Positions 49,701 through 62,280 of a stretch of 64,000 nt of DNA are shown one piece after another. The position numbers and the translations under genes are program-made. The notes under the pieces are model-generated. The model had not been told where the DNA came from. It searched no databases and worked only from the letters and a program-made list of their open reading frames with translations. This DNA is from Squalus acanthias (lineage: Eukaryota). Location: assembly GCA_030390025.1 (NCBI GenBank), contig CM059432.1:93684001-93748000 (forward strand), given 5' to 3'. Every line of letters starts with the position of its first letter. Position 1 is the stretch's first letter.

Positions 49701-51750
49701 CCAGTGGTGTACCGCAGGGATCGGTGCTGGGTCCTTTGCTGTTTGTAGTGTACATTAATGATTTAGATATGAATGTAGGAGGTATGATCAGTAAGTTCGC
49801 AGATGACACGAAAATTGGTGGAGTGGTAAATAGCGAGGAGGGAAGCCTCAGGCTACAGGACGATATAGACGGGTTGGTCAGATGGGCAGAACAATGGCAA
49901 ATGGAATTTAACCCTGAAAAGTGTGAGGTGATGCATTTTGGGAGGACTAACAAGGCAAGGGAATACACAATGAATGGTAGGATCCTAGGGAGGACAGAGG
50001 ATCAGAAAGACCTTGGTGTGCATGTACATAGATCCCCGAAGGCAGCAGGACAGGTAGATAAGGTGGTTAAAAAGGCATATGGGATACTTGCCTTCATTAG
50101 CCGAGGCATAGAATATAAGAGCAGGGAGGTTACGATGGAGCTGTACAAAACGCTAGTTAGGCCACAGCTGGAATACTGTGTGCAGTTCTGGTCGCCACAC
50201 TATAGGAAGGATGTGATTGCATTGAGAGGGTGCAGAGGAGATTCACCAGGATGTTACCTGGGCTGGCGCGCTTCAGCTATGAAGAGAGACTGGACAGGCT
50301 GGGGTTGTTTTCCTTAGAGCAGAGAAGGCTGAGGGGGGACCTGATTGAGGTGTACAAAATTATGAGGGGCATAGATAGGGTAGATAGAAAGGAACTTTTC
50401 CCCTTAGAGGGGTCAATAACCAGGGGGCATAGTTTCAAGGTAAGGGGCAGGAGGTTTAGAGGGGATTTGAGGAAAAACTTTTTCACCCAGAGGGTGGTTG
50501 GAATTTGGAACTCACTGCCTGAAAGGGTGGTAGAGGCAGGAACCTTCACAACATTCAAGAAGCATTTAGATGAGCACTTGAAACGCCATAGCATACAAGG
50601 CTACGGACCAAGTGCTGGAAAACGGGATTAGAATAGATAGGGCTTGATGGCCGGCGCAGACACGATGGGCTGAAGGGCCTCTTTCTGTGCTGTATAAATC
50701 TATGACCCTGCAGCCATGTCTCCGTAATCAGAATTATATCGTATCCGTTTACATCTATTTGCGCTGTTAATTCGTCTACCTTATTACGAATGCTTCGTGC
50801 ATTGAGATACAGTGCCTTTAGATTTGTCTTTTTAACATTTTTAGACATCTTAACATTTTTTTGTACTATGGCCCTACTTGTCTTATTACCATTTTTTCTT
50901 ACCCGGACCCTATTTGTTAGTGCACTCTTTTGTTTGTACGCTCTGTCCCTTCCTGACACAATCTGGTTATCCTTACCCCAATCAATTTCCTGCACTGCTT
51001 CCTTGTCTTTTCTCTTTAGCATTCTAGATTTCTCTCCAACGGGACCCTCCCCCCGCCCCCGGCCTTATTTAGTTTAAAGCCCTATCTACCTCCCAAGTTA
51101 TTCGATTCGCTAGAACTCTGGTCCCAGCATGGTTCAGGTGTAGTCCGACCCAACGGAACAGCTCTCTCTTTCCCCAGTACTGGTGCCAGTGGCCCACGAA
51201 TCGAAACCCACTTCTCCCACACCAATCTTTGAACCACGCATTCATCTCCCTGATCCTATTGACCCTATGCCAATTTGCTCGTGGCTCCAGTAATAATCCA
51301 GAGATTATGACACCTTTGTGGTTCTGCTTTTTAATTTAGTCCCTAGCTGCTCAAACTCTCTCAGCAGAACCTCTTTCTTTGTCCTACCTATGTCGTTAGT
51401 ATCTATGTGGACCACGACAACTGGATCCTCCCCCTCCCACTCCAAGTTCTTCTCCAGGAGATGTCCTTTACCCTGGCACTGGGTAGGCAACATAGCCTTC
51501 GGGACTCACGCTCCTGGCTGCAGAGAACAGTGTCTATCCCCCTAACTATACTGTCGTCTACTACAACCACCTTCCTTTTTACTCCCTCCACTTGAATGGC
51601 TTCCTGTACCACGGTGCCATGGTCAGTTTGCTCGTCCTCCCCGCAGTCCCCGCACTTGTCCACAAGGGTTGCAAGAACCTCGAATCTATTGGATAAGTGC
51701 AGGGACTGAGGCTCATACAATACTACCTCCTGGATCTCCATACCTGCCTC
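46777..51750 (-). mobile_element. Near full-length CR1 LINE (ORF1 esterase remnant plus ORF2), interrupted
   Basis: SGNH remnant 51740-51070, LNARSI..ETWLQG APE start, RT and tail at 46777. Confidence 0.92.
49516..50704 (+). mobile_element. 5'-truncated CR1 LINE inserted antisense in the host CR1 endonuclease domain
   Basis: Begins at AVDVVYMDFSKAFD; FADD; CTATGA tail; splits host ETWLQG|QGW with no TSD. Confidence 0.92.
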
Positions 51751-51809
51751 ACTCGAGTTGATGAGTCCCCTTCGATAGTGGAGTTATCTGTTCCACTCAG
51801 ATCCTTTAC

Positions 51810-51934
51810 CTGTAACTGGCTTGTATACCCATACAATCTGACTTATATAATCTCTTGCATTCTGTCCTGGATATACTTACACTTGTAACGGTACCTTTCT
51901 ACATCTGCATGGTAAAGATTACTACAGAAGAAGA
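51810..51934 (-). pseudogene. Candidate internal exon of the unidentified disrupted gene
   Basis: CCTTTCTAG acceptor and CAG|GTAAAG donor; FFCSNLYHADVERYRYKCKYIQDRMQEII*VRLYGYTSQLQ, with TAA at 51845-51843. Confidence 0.5.
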
Positions 51935-53319
51935 CTAGAAAGGACAGAGAATCTACATGTAACAAAACAAAAAAAATCTTATTCTAACTAAACAAAGAGA
52001 ATATGAATGTGCTGAGCACCCTCTTACCTACCTTAAATTAAAAAATGTTTTTCCATTCAATTGATCAATGTGAGTGACACATATGTCAGAAAGGTTTAAC
52101 CTCTTTTGGTGTCAATCACTTCTAACAGCCATGCGAGTAATCTGGAACACTCCTAAGTTAATGAGGCATGGATACCTAGGTAAGTCAAGTTCCACCTTTA
52201 GTCCCCTAAACTTTCAATTTTTTTTTAACAAAGGGTCCTACAGATAAGGCATGACACTAATGAGCTATCCCTGAGCAAAATCCTTAATGCTGGCCTCTTA
52301 TCACTGGTAACGAATGTGCTGTTTATATAAGCCATCCTCATGCTTTTAATTAGTTTCAAATTCCCAGCATTCACTTTAACTATCGACTCAAATTTCTTGG
52401 ACACCGTTAAGCTGAAACTTCATTTTGAGAACATATTTCAGGCAATTTACAGGGCATTTTTCCTGCACAATTCAAGGAGTTTCTCATTATTACGGTTATC
52501 AGGTCACGCTATTGTGTAACTAGATTTTGGGCAGTAAAGGAAAAGTCCTGAATGTAAGGGATGCAGGATCCACTTATGGGAGATTGGTGATACTGAACAC
52601 GAGAGAATATCTATTGCAGATCCAAAATCTGCAAAAGTGAGGTTTGAATAAATATGTAATTTCATGATTTCTGTCCACATCTATAAATAGCACCTCTATG
52701 GAGAGATAGATGAGAGAGTATTGGGTAGAGATAACCATGTAACATTTTCTTTTTAAAACATTAAAGGGTTCAGAATAGGGTAGGCAGCAGAACAGTGTAT
52801 GTTACCACGAGGCAACACATTTCTATTGACTTTCATTTACCTTTTTTTTAATTTAAAAGTGAAATTCTCTCTTTTTGATGTATTTATTTCTCATTATCCT
52901 TTCCCAAATCTCCAAAAATCTTGATATCCACTTCCGAAATTCCCCCTCATCTTAGTGGCCATTCTTTTCATTACAGAAATTGCCAGTCCTCCTTAGACCC
53001 ACTATAGATCAGTTTTTATGTGTATGTCATCGATCATTTTCAATATGAAATAATTTAGAATGGAGCCTAAGCCAGTGTTCTGATGTTATAAAAGTGGTTT
53101 ATTAATTGCACTAGAAATTCAAGTATCAGACAGATCACTTTCATAATGATATTAGAAAACTTAAATAGGTAGTGTTTTGAATTCTTGCCCGATTTACATT
53201 TTAAGAATGCTGAATTGTTTGAGTGATATTGCAGGATTTTTCACTGTTCCATTAGAAAACAGAAGATATTGTTTAAAACTTTGGAGACTCCTGTTAAAAA
53301 TGGGTATCTACCCACCTTA

Positions 53320-53650
53320 TGTATGAAAGTTCCAGGCTGATTCTCAGTTTGTGCTAAATTAACTGCGGACAGCAATTCGGAGTGCGACTACTGGCTTCGA
53401 TGCTACTGGGTTAGGGAGGGGCAGAATCAGCCAGGGCTCCAGCTCCTGATCATTATCCAGTGATTCCTATTAGAAAGTGCATGTGTGGATGTTGGGTGAG
53501 CACAGGACCAGGTATGGTGTGATGCCCCCCATCTATTGAATAGCTTGGTGACATTCACTGGCAAGGTTTGCAGATGAAGAATAGTCACTTGGGTGAGGTG
53601 GAGGGTGGACACTGCCTGTGGAACCATACCCCATCAGTGCCTTCAGGAGA
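53320..53650 (+). repeat. Old SINE-like interspersed repeat
   Basis: Diverged similarity to 60920-61290 (GGGAGG..AATCAG..GGTTCC..GTGCATGTGTG..GTGGAACC..CCCCA). Confidence 0.55.
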
Positions 53651-54013
53651 GGAAAAAGGAGAAAAAAAGATGTAAAATTGGGGGGGTGATGGAGGGGAAT
53701 CCAGCCGAACAAGCCAGTGATACAAGTAACTTGTGGAAACACAGGTTTATAGTAGTATATTGTTTTGGTGAGATACTCTGGTTTCTCTTCAGGTCATTGA
53801 TACTTGGAGAGACTTTTCATATCCTTAATTATAGTATGAACTTGAATCCATCTTCTCAACCTTGGTTGATTTTTGCTAATTCTAACCCATATTGATAAAA
53901 TATATAGTAATCTGGGGGTGGCTTGGTGACAAAGCACATGAGTGTACTAACACTCTCTACTATGTGACCATGAGGACTCTCACTCTTAATAGCTCACATA
54001 ATGATTTCTCTAC

Positions 54014-54163
54014 CTCAGCCAAGACAACTGTGGTGAGGCACCAAGTGGATGTGATGTGACCTGTACTGCTGTTACACATCTGCTGGCAACAGGCTCAAAG
54101 CAGTAGGGACTGAAGTCAGAGAATAGGCTACATGTCCACCCTCTTGATAAATATATGAGAGAT
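54014..54163 (-). pseudogene. Candidate 150-nt internal exon of the unidentified disrupted gene
   Basis: TTTTAAATAG acceptor and GAG|GTAGAG donor; phase-1 frame LSYIYQEGGHVAYSLTSVPTALSLLPADV*QQYRSHHIHLVPHHSCLG*, phase-compatible with the 51.9-kb exon. Confidence 0.45.
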
Positions 54164-55418
54164 CTATTTAAAATAACATACAAAATGGAAGGGAACAAAG
54201 AGACCTAGGAAACTGAAATGTGAGTTTTTTGTTGGCAAAAAGATCATATGGGGATTTATTGTACCATCATTGAAGGGTTATTAGAATTCAGGTACTCTCT
54301 CAGAGTGGAGTCTAACATTAGAAAAATCCAATGAAACTAATAAACTAACTGGGCTTTCCAGTGCAATAGTCCTTCAGTGCAACTCAGCATCTTCAGGATA
54401 AGTTAGAAGAAAATAGGATTGCAGCAATAGAAAGGGCACACATATATTGAGATTTGATAAAAATATTTCAGTATTTATAGATGAAAGGATTTCAGCCTGT
54501 AAGGGTGAGTTAGAGCAGTTCTTTTCCAAGTGGCATAACTAATATTCATGAATATAAAAGAGTTGTAAGTCACAGATACTGCAGACATATGAGGGTTACG
54601 ATTATGATCCCCTCTCACATGAGTGAAAGATTGCCTGGAACCTAATCTTATTGGCAAGATATTCTGCTTATTCTATGGCTGGGCCTTAAGGCTATCCTAA
54701 AATTAATTTTGGAACAGCACATACTGACACCAACCACTAAATGCTATACATAAAACTCAAATTAGGTTAGAAGTCTAAAGGACCAATCTGAAGGTTTTCT
54801 GTTCATATTCTAAGCTGTCTTCATTGTTGGATGAAAATCAACATGAAGTTATTTTTTTCTATTTTGTGATACCTCGAAGGGATCCTATCTTGGTGAAAAA
54901 ATGCTTTCAAACCTTTTTGTTTCACGTGAAAATCCAGAAAAGCTGCGCACTATTTTCATCAAAATAACATTGCATACAAGTGACACAATGATACATTTTT
55001 GCTGAGATTTGTGTCATTGCATTTTGTGTCTATAAACAAATAAAGATTTGATACATTGGCTGAAAATGCTATCCCTTTAAAGAAATTTACACATCAGTTC
55101 CATATTCTCTTGCACTTACTGTGGTAATTGTAAAAGTGCTCACCCTCTGACTTGCAGCTGATTTTGACGTTATTGGGTTAGGCCTGGTTTACACCGGCAG
55201 CCAACATCCTTAAAGCAGCCTGCCTCTGGGTGGCCAGAGTGCCCACCTGTTTCAGACGATGTAATTCGGGGTCCTATGACAAATAGGAACCTGATTGCAA
55301 TTTTGATGGACAACTGGCTAAAGCCTGCACCCTGAACATTCTGCCAGGTTTTACAGCAGAAAAGGCACCAAAAAGTTAAGGTTAAAATTATTTTTGTATG
55401 CTCAGGAGGAACAGGAGT

Positions 55419-56400
55419 CTTCTTCTCTTCCCACTCCTGTACTGTTACCTCTGGAGTCCCCCAAGAATCTATCCTTGACCCCTCTTCTTCCTCATCTACA
55501 TGCTGCCCCTCAGACATGTCATAAGGCTCCACATGTACACTGATGACACCTCTCTTGACCCCTCCACTATCTCTGCATTGTCAGCCTGCTTGTCCAACAT
55601 CCAGTCCTCTCTTTGGCCCCCGCCACAAAATCTGTATCATCGCCACCAATTCCATCCCTCTCCCCAGCCATTGTCTCAGGTTAAAACTGATTGTTCGCAA
55701 CCTCAACATCCTATTTGATCCTGAGTTGAGCTTCTGATCCTATGTTCTTTCCATCACAAAGACTGCTTACTTCCACCTCCCTAACATCACCTATTCTCTG
55801 CCCCACCTCAGCTTATCTGCTGCTGAAAGCCTCATTCATGCCTTTGTTACCTCCAGACTTGACTATTCCAATGCTCTCCTGGCTGCACTCCCATCATCCA
55901 CCCTTCATAAACTTCAGCTCATCTAAAGCCCTGCTGCCTGTATCCTAACCTGCATCAACTCCTGCTCACCAATCACCCCAAAGCTCGTTGACCTACATTC
56001 CCCAATTTTAAATTCTCATCCACGCTTTCAAATCCCTTCATGGCTTCGCGCCTTGCTTTCTGCAACTTTCTCCAGCCCTACAACCCTCCGAGAACTCTGC
56101 GTTCCTCCAATTTTGGCCTTTTGTGCATGCCCCACTCTCTTTGCCTCACCATTGATGGTTGTGTCTTCAGCTCCTAGACCCCAAGTTCTGTAATTCCCTC
56201 CCTAAAGTCTCTGCTTCTGCATCTCTCTTCTCCTATAAGACCCTCCTTAAAACGTATCTTTTTGGCAGAGCTTTAGTCACCCCTCCTAATATCAACTTCT
56301 TTGGCTCAGTGTCAATTTTTGTCTGATTACACTTCTGTGAAGCACATTGGGATGTTTTTCTACGTTAGAGGCGATATATAAATGCAAGTTATTGTTGTTG
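55419..56400 (+). mobile_element. Degraded L2-clade LINE, 3' portion
   Basis: GVPQES-IL and YTDDT remnants, SRLDYSNALL motif, and tail ATATAAATGCAAGTT(A/G)TTGTTG. Confidence 0.85.
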
Positions 56401-56561
56401 AAAGAAAAGAGGGCTTCCAATAAAAATTAAAAAAATTCCCCAACAATCAAAATCCTTCTGTTTCACCAGGGTATGGCTGAGAGAAAACCCATGGTGCATG
56501 ATGGTAGTAATCAGCTCCAGTCCAGGAACACCAATCTATTTATAATATAAGCAGAGATCTA

Positions 56562-56899
56562 GGGGGCGATCTTCAAATACCGCAGTCTTTTCTCATCTGG
56601 TGCGATGTTCAGGCAGGACTGTAAATGGGCCCACACTTGCCCGTTTCAGGCAGAAGTTTATTTAAATATGAAAATCGCAGTCTTGTGCTGTTGTAGGACT
56701 CCAATTGCAATTTTGAAGTACAAATGGGCAGAGTGCTCTGCCAGTCTGTGCTCGACCCCTCTGGAATTAACTCTTCCCCACCCCACCCCCAGCCTGTCCC
56801 GATGGTCGGCTGCATTCAAATAAGGCCCGAACCTCAAAATAGTCCAGGCGGCGCAGCCACTCTGCCAACTGTATTGAACGAAAGTTGAAAATCCTCCCC
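56562..56899. mobile_element. Harbinger-type MITE (338 bp)
   Basis: TIRs GGGGGCGATCTTCAA and TTGAAAATCCTCCCC; CTA TSD on both sides. Confidence 0.75.
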
Positions 56900-58789
56900 C
56901 TAGAACTTTATTCAGATTACAGCTAAGAGTATCTTTTGCACTTATGGTCGCTGGTCCAGAAGTCGAAAGTGAGTGTGACAAAAATGTGTCGTAGCTTTTC
57001 TTCATTAGGCTAGACTCAGTAGGTATCCCTTTAAATCTAGTTACAGTACATATGGGGGGGTGAATTTCCAGAGATTCTCCCACTTATCCACTGTAATTTC
57101 AGTGGAAGAGCTACGTAAAACCCAGAAAAATGGCGGACCATCGGGAGAACCCATGGAAATTGGTGGATCCAATCAATAATAATTAAACCAAACACTTTCC
57201 TTTGGCTTCTTGAATTTTCAAAGTTGACAGTTCTCATGATACCCCCCAAGAAATTTAAAAACAGCTGCAGTTAAAGAAAAGGGCGAACTAGTGTCCCAGC
57301 TGAATTCAGTATTTCTTTTGTGAGGTCCATTCAAACTAGTTTGGAGTTTCCTGGCCCACGCCCCTTTTACATCAATTGCCTTGTAAAGGGCAAGTGGATG
57401 ATCTGCCCCGACAAGACCATCCAGAAACTTCGGCGCTAGGCTGGGACCTGGTATAACCAGGTTTAGTTTATGAGTGTCCTGGCAGATGTCTGCGAGTCCT
57501 TTCCTTTTCATACTTCACAAGTTTAGTTTCTGCTTTGCACTAATATGAGAGTGTAAATTGGATGCCAAGGCCCAAACCGACTCTGAAACAAAGTGGAGTA
57601 CGACTACCTCCTCCAAGGAGTCTCTCTCGCTCAGCTTCCTTCCAGTGTCAGGTCAGGCTCTCATGACTGGATTCAGGCTGTATTTAAACTGTAACTGCAA
57701 CAGCAGTGAACAGCCAAACCACTTTACACTGACATTACAGTTGGAGCATGATTGCTCCTTTCGATATTTAAAAATAGAAATTCCAAACTGAAGCAACCAG
57801 AGACAAGATTGATATGCAGCTTACACAACACCACATGCACAAGAGTTGGCAGGTACACAGCTATGCCAGAATTAAGTGACTATTGTATTCAGATCCATAC
57901 ATTAACATGAAAGTGGAGAGCATCTGGTAATACCTACTGTGATAATGACCATGGTTATTCTAGTGTGATTGTCAAAGATGAGCCTCCTAAACATGGTTTA
58001 GTTACTATATTTATAGGGCTATTTTAGTATAGCCTAGTAGAGTCAACAACTTCATCTTATTTCTCAACCAGAGCATGCATTAATCAGTTTTATAATGTGA
58101 GCCGCAAGATGGGACTTAAATTAAAATTTTAGGATGAATTTCAACAAAGCTTTTTACACCCAGTTTTTTTATAAAAAGGTTCCACATTGCAGTAGTATTA
58201 TACATTTCTAAAATACTGATGCACCATACATCAGTATGGGATGCCAAGATAGTTCATTATGTGCCTATAAAATGTGCATGTGATGACAGTGGATAGAACA
58301 TTTTAAAGTATTCCAATCAGAACTGAGATAGTCCAGTGTCAGGAGCAAAAGTGAAATATCAAAACCGAATAATAAATATTAATTACTTAAAGTAAAGTAC
58401 TTTCCCTTCAGATGAAATGGGAAATCAGTAACTGATCACTATAATTATATGGTAGAACGTAATTTATAAAAGTGTGACTGCTAAGCTGTTAAATGTACAG
58501 CACATCCCAGCTCAGTGCCACGTTCAGATTAAAAACAGACATGGAATGAAAGACTGGAGTGGAGTGTTCATTCCCTGTTTTACTATCTCAAGATAATATG
58601 CAAAAATGTATTTATGTTGTCATTACATCACAAAACATGAAATTTAAATAGCCAACAGTTCAATACTTTCACTGCTTCTTTTCTCCTTCCATCTCTCAAA
58701 GCCAACAAGGAAAGCTCAGGGATGATTTACTTTTATGGTCAACGGGGCTCTTGACCAGGCCTGTCCTTCTACCCTGACCCCTCAGTCCT

Positions 58790-59680
58790 CACCTTCACCA
58801 CATTCGTTAGGTCATCTGTTATATCTGCCAATTACAACCTGATGCCATCACCAAACTTTCCCTCCCACTCCATCACCCTTACTTCCAGATGGACTTCTGG
58901 CACCTTCCCATGTAAACACAAGAGATGCAATACCTGCCCATACATTTCATCCCACAGTTGTCCAGGGCCCAAACACACCTTGAGTAAAGCAGCAATTTAT
59001 GTGTACTTCCTCTAATCTAGTACACTGTATTCACTGCTCATGCTGCGGTCTCTTCTACACTGAGAAAACCAAATACAGATTAGGTGACTGCTTTGTTGAA
59101 CACCTCTTATCTGCAAGTGCAACCCCGAGCTACCTGTGCATTGGGACTGTTAACTCCTCCTCCCATTTCCACTCTGACCTCTCTGTCATTGGTCTCATTC
59201 ACGGTTTGAATGAAGCCCAATGTAAGCTTTAAGAACATTTCATCTTACTCTGAGGCAACATGCAACACTCTAGTCTTAACATTGACTTCAGACTTTAGCT
59301 ATATCCTTATTTTCAAACCGGTTTTAATTTCAAACCCCCATGTTTTCATCTCTCTCATTTTCTCACATTTCCACAGGCATCCCGCCTCCTTAGCTATTTA
59401 CACACCCTTTGTTTATTTAATGTCTTAATGCTTTTTATATCCATTACTTGACTGAGATGATCTGTAATATAATTCCATCCATGATTCCTTTGCGCTTGTC
59501 TGTTTAGATATCGTTCCCCTTCCTCTTTTTCGGATTGTATTAATATGCCTGTCTGCCTTTTTTTCAGTTCTATGGAAGAATCTGTACCCAAGACTTAAAT
59601 TTTGCTGTTCTTTTCAAAAGTGCTAAGTGACCTGCTGTGTGTTTCAAGTATTTTCTATATTTGTTTTGATTTCTGTCATC
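58790..59680 (+). mobile_element. Degraded Penelope-like element (GIY-YIG endonuclease end)
   Basis: RCNTCP..CTSSNLVHCIHCSCCGLFYTEKTKYRLGDCFVEHL matches the Penelope GIY-YIG pattern. Confidence 0.8.
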
Positions 59681-60197
59681 TGTGGTATTTTGCTTTTTAA
59701 TAAGATTTTAAAATAATTTTGTTTCAGACTTATGGCATAACCAATACAGCTAACAATCAGTTGAATACACGCAACCCCACATGTAGACTGCTGGGGGGGG
59801 GGGGAATATTCAAAACTTATAGCAATGCACAGATGTAATATCAAGAGGGCATTCTCTGATCTGTACCAGTTCCCAAAACAATAAAATGCAGTATTTTGTT
59901 TTTTTATATGAAGCACAATATTTCTGTAGAAAATTCAGACACTCCATTTAAAAAAAACAGAACTTTTTTTTCGTATGGCAATTCTGAAGAAGGATCATGC
60001 TATAAATTTCTTCGCCCTTTGAAAACACTGGAACCAGGAATGTGTGTGCATATGCAGCAATAGGCATACTGAAATCTAAGAGAATTTACTGTTCTCTTGT
60101 GTTCTCACTGAATGTGCACAATAATATGTTGTACTTAACTGACCCACATAACACCAAAAAAAAGCTATGTAGCATGAAAGTTCATGTAATTAATGAA

Positions 60198-60282
60198 CTC
60201 AGCCATGATCATATTGAATGGCGGAGCAGGCTCGAAGGGCCGAATGGCCTACTCCTGCTCCTATTTTTCTATGTTTTCTATG
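60198..60282 (+). mobile_element. Extreme 3' fragment of a CR1 LINE
   Basis: Near-identical to the 3' UTR and tail at 19166-19244. Confidence 0.9.
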
Positions 60283-60919
60283 AAATCTTAGTTCTTGCAT
60301 AGGTTTTTTTCTTCAATACCATAGTAAAGTAAATGAATGTACCGTATTTAAAAAAAGAAAACTGCGTGTCAACGCCAAATTTATTTTAGAAATATGACAT
60401 TTCCTTATAAAATAATAGAAGCTAAAACCAACCATTTCAGATTGATGAATAAACAAAATTCAGACCCAGAACAATTCCATTTACCCGATTGACTATAACC
60501 AGGTTGAGGGACAACTCAAACCACAATAGCAGTATAAATGGGCAATTTTTCAACTTTGCACTGCTGGCAGTGCATATTGAAAATTTAGTTGCACAATGCA
60601 CACCATTTAAAATAATAGCGGGAGAATTATGCACTGAACGCACCCAAGTGTCCAATATGTGTTGCTTTTTAAACCCCATCTCAACGCCAGTATTTGTTAA
60701 AACAATAAGCCTGTGAACATTGTGTGCAGAGAAGTGAAACACTTTTTCCACTTCTTGCACCTAATGTTGTATCACATACTCCCAGGTCAAGTATAGAGCA
60801 ATGTGCTGCAAAGTAAAGAGAATTTTACTCTGCTCCAGTAATGTGAACCACTAACCCAGTCCCACACTCCTTTTAGATACAATAATATACTTATGAATTA
60901 TACTGTTAGAAAATTACCA

Positions 60920-61290
60920 TTCTGGCTCAAAGGATTTAGGCAGTGAATAGCTGAGCAATACGAAGGTCCTGGCTTAAAACCTGGTCTGTACCGAGTCAGC
61001 TGATCTCAGTGGTAAGGATGCTATAATTGTCTTCAATACCCCAGGTTAAGGAGGAGAAAATAATAAAATCAGATATGGTTCCCACAATCTGTGCTGGAAG
61101 TGTGCATGTGTGCATATTAGGTGACAACAGGATTGAGCTTAGTTATGATACTCTTCTCCCCGATACCTCCATAGAATAACCTACCAACAATTAACGGGAA
61201 AGTGCAACATGAATAAATGGCCGTTTGGCACTGGAAGCTGCGTATGGCCATAGAACTCTACCCCAGCATGAGTCGGTGCTTTCAGGAGGT
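60920..61290 (+). repeat. Old SINE-like interspersed repeat
   Basis: Similar to 53320-53650, with a degenerate tRNA-like head. Confidence 0.5.
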
Positions 61291-61612
61291 AAGAAAATTG
61301 TTGAGGGGGGGGGGGGAGGGAAAGGTAACTATTCTGTTAGATTTCTAAAGTCTTGATACAGTACCAAATGAATTTCTTGGCCAAATCCTTGCTTCAGATT
61401 TCCAAGTAGATCATAAGAAAATTCCAAAGCAAGTATACCTATTATAGGGTAGGTTTTACAAATTTGCGCTCCCAGTGCAGAAATATTTATGCTGGAAGCA
61501 CACACATCAGGAATTCAGGCAGGGACATCAACAGGTCTGACAGGATTTCCCATCTCTGCACTTAAATTTCTGATTTCCTTCCCAGTACATGAAGCTCTGT
61601 GCCTGGAGTTTT

Positions 61613-62280
61613 ATTCTATTCATTCATGGGATGTGAGTGTCGCTGGCAAGGCCATCATTTATTGCCCATCCCTAATTGCCCTCGAGAAGGTGGTGGTGAG
61701 CCTCCTTCTTGAACCACTGCAGGCCGTGTGGTGAAGGTACTCCCACAGTGTTGTTTAGGAGGGAGTTCCAGGATTTTGACCCAGCGCCGATGAAGGAACG
61801 GCGCTATATTTCCAAGTCAGGATGGTGTGTGACTTAGTGGGGAACTTGGAGGTGGTGGTGTTCCCATGCGCCTGATGCCCTCGTCCTTCTAGGTGGTAGA
61901 GGTCGTGGGTTTGGGAGATGGTACACACTGCAGCCACATCGCGCCGGTAGTGGAGGATGTGGTGCCGATCAAGTGGGCTGCTTTGTCCTGGATGGTGTCG
62001 AGCTTCTTGAGTGTTGTTGGAGCTGCACTCATCTAGGCAAGTGGAGAGCATTTTAGCACACTCCTAACTTGTGCCTTGTAGGTGGTGGAAAGGCTTTCAG
62101 GAGTCAGGAGCACCCAAAAAAAAATTAGGGGGAACATTGGTCAGGAGGTGAGTCATTCGCCACAGAATACCCAACCTCTGACCTGCCCTTGTAGCCACAG
62201 CATTTATGTGGCTGGTCCAGTTAAGTTTCTGGTCAATGGTGACCCCCAGGATGTTGATGGTAGGGGATTTGACGATGGTA
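61613..62280 (-). mobile_element. 3' fragment of the LINE family seen at 7226-8475
   Basis: Collinear with 7236-7920, with internal deletions. Confidence 0.9.

Noticed and set aside
49340..50317. 325-aa ORF with a novel N-terminus fused to RT
   Set aside because: Chance read-through from antisense host CR1 into a nested CR1.
52129..52179. 51-nt plus-strand exon (CAG..AG|GTAAGT)
   Set aside because: Good splice sites but isolated, with no partner exons found; may be chance.
57056..57165. Small MITE-like inverted repeat
   Set aside because: Outer TIR bases do not match and there is no TSD.
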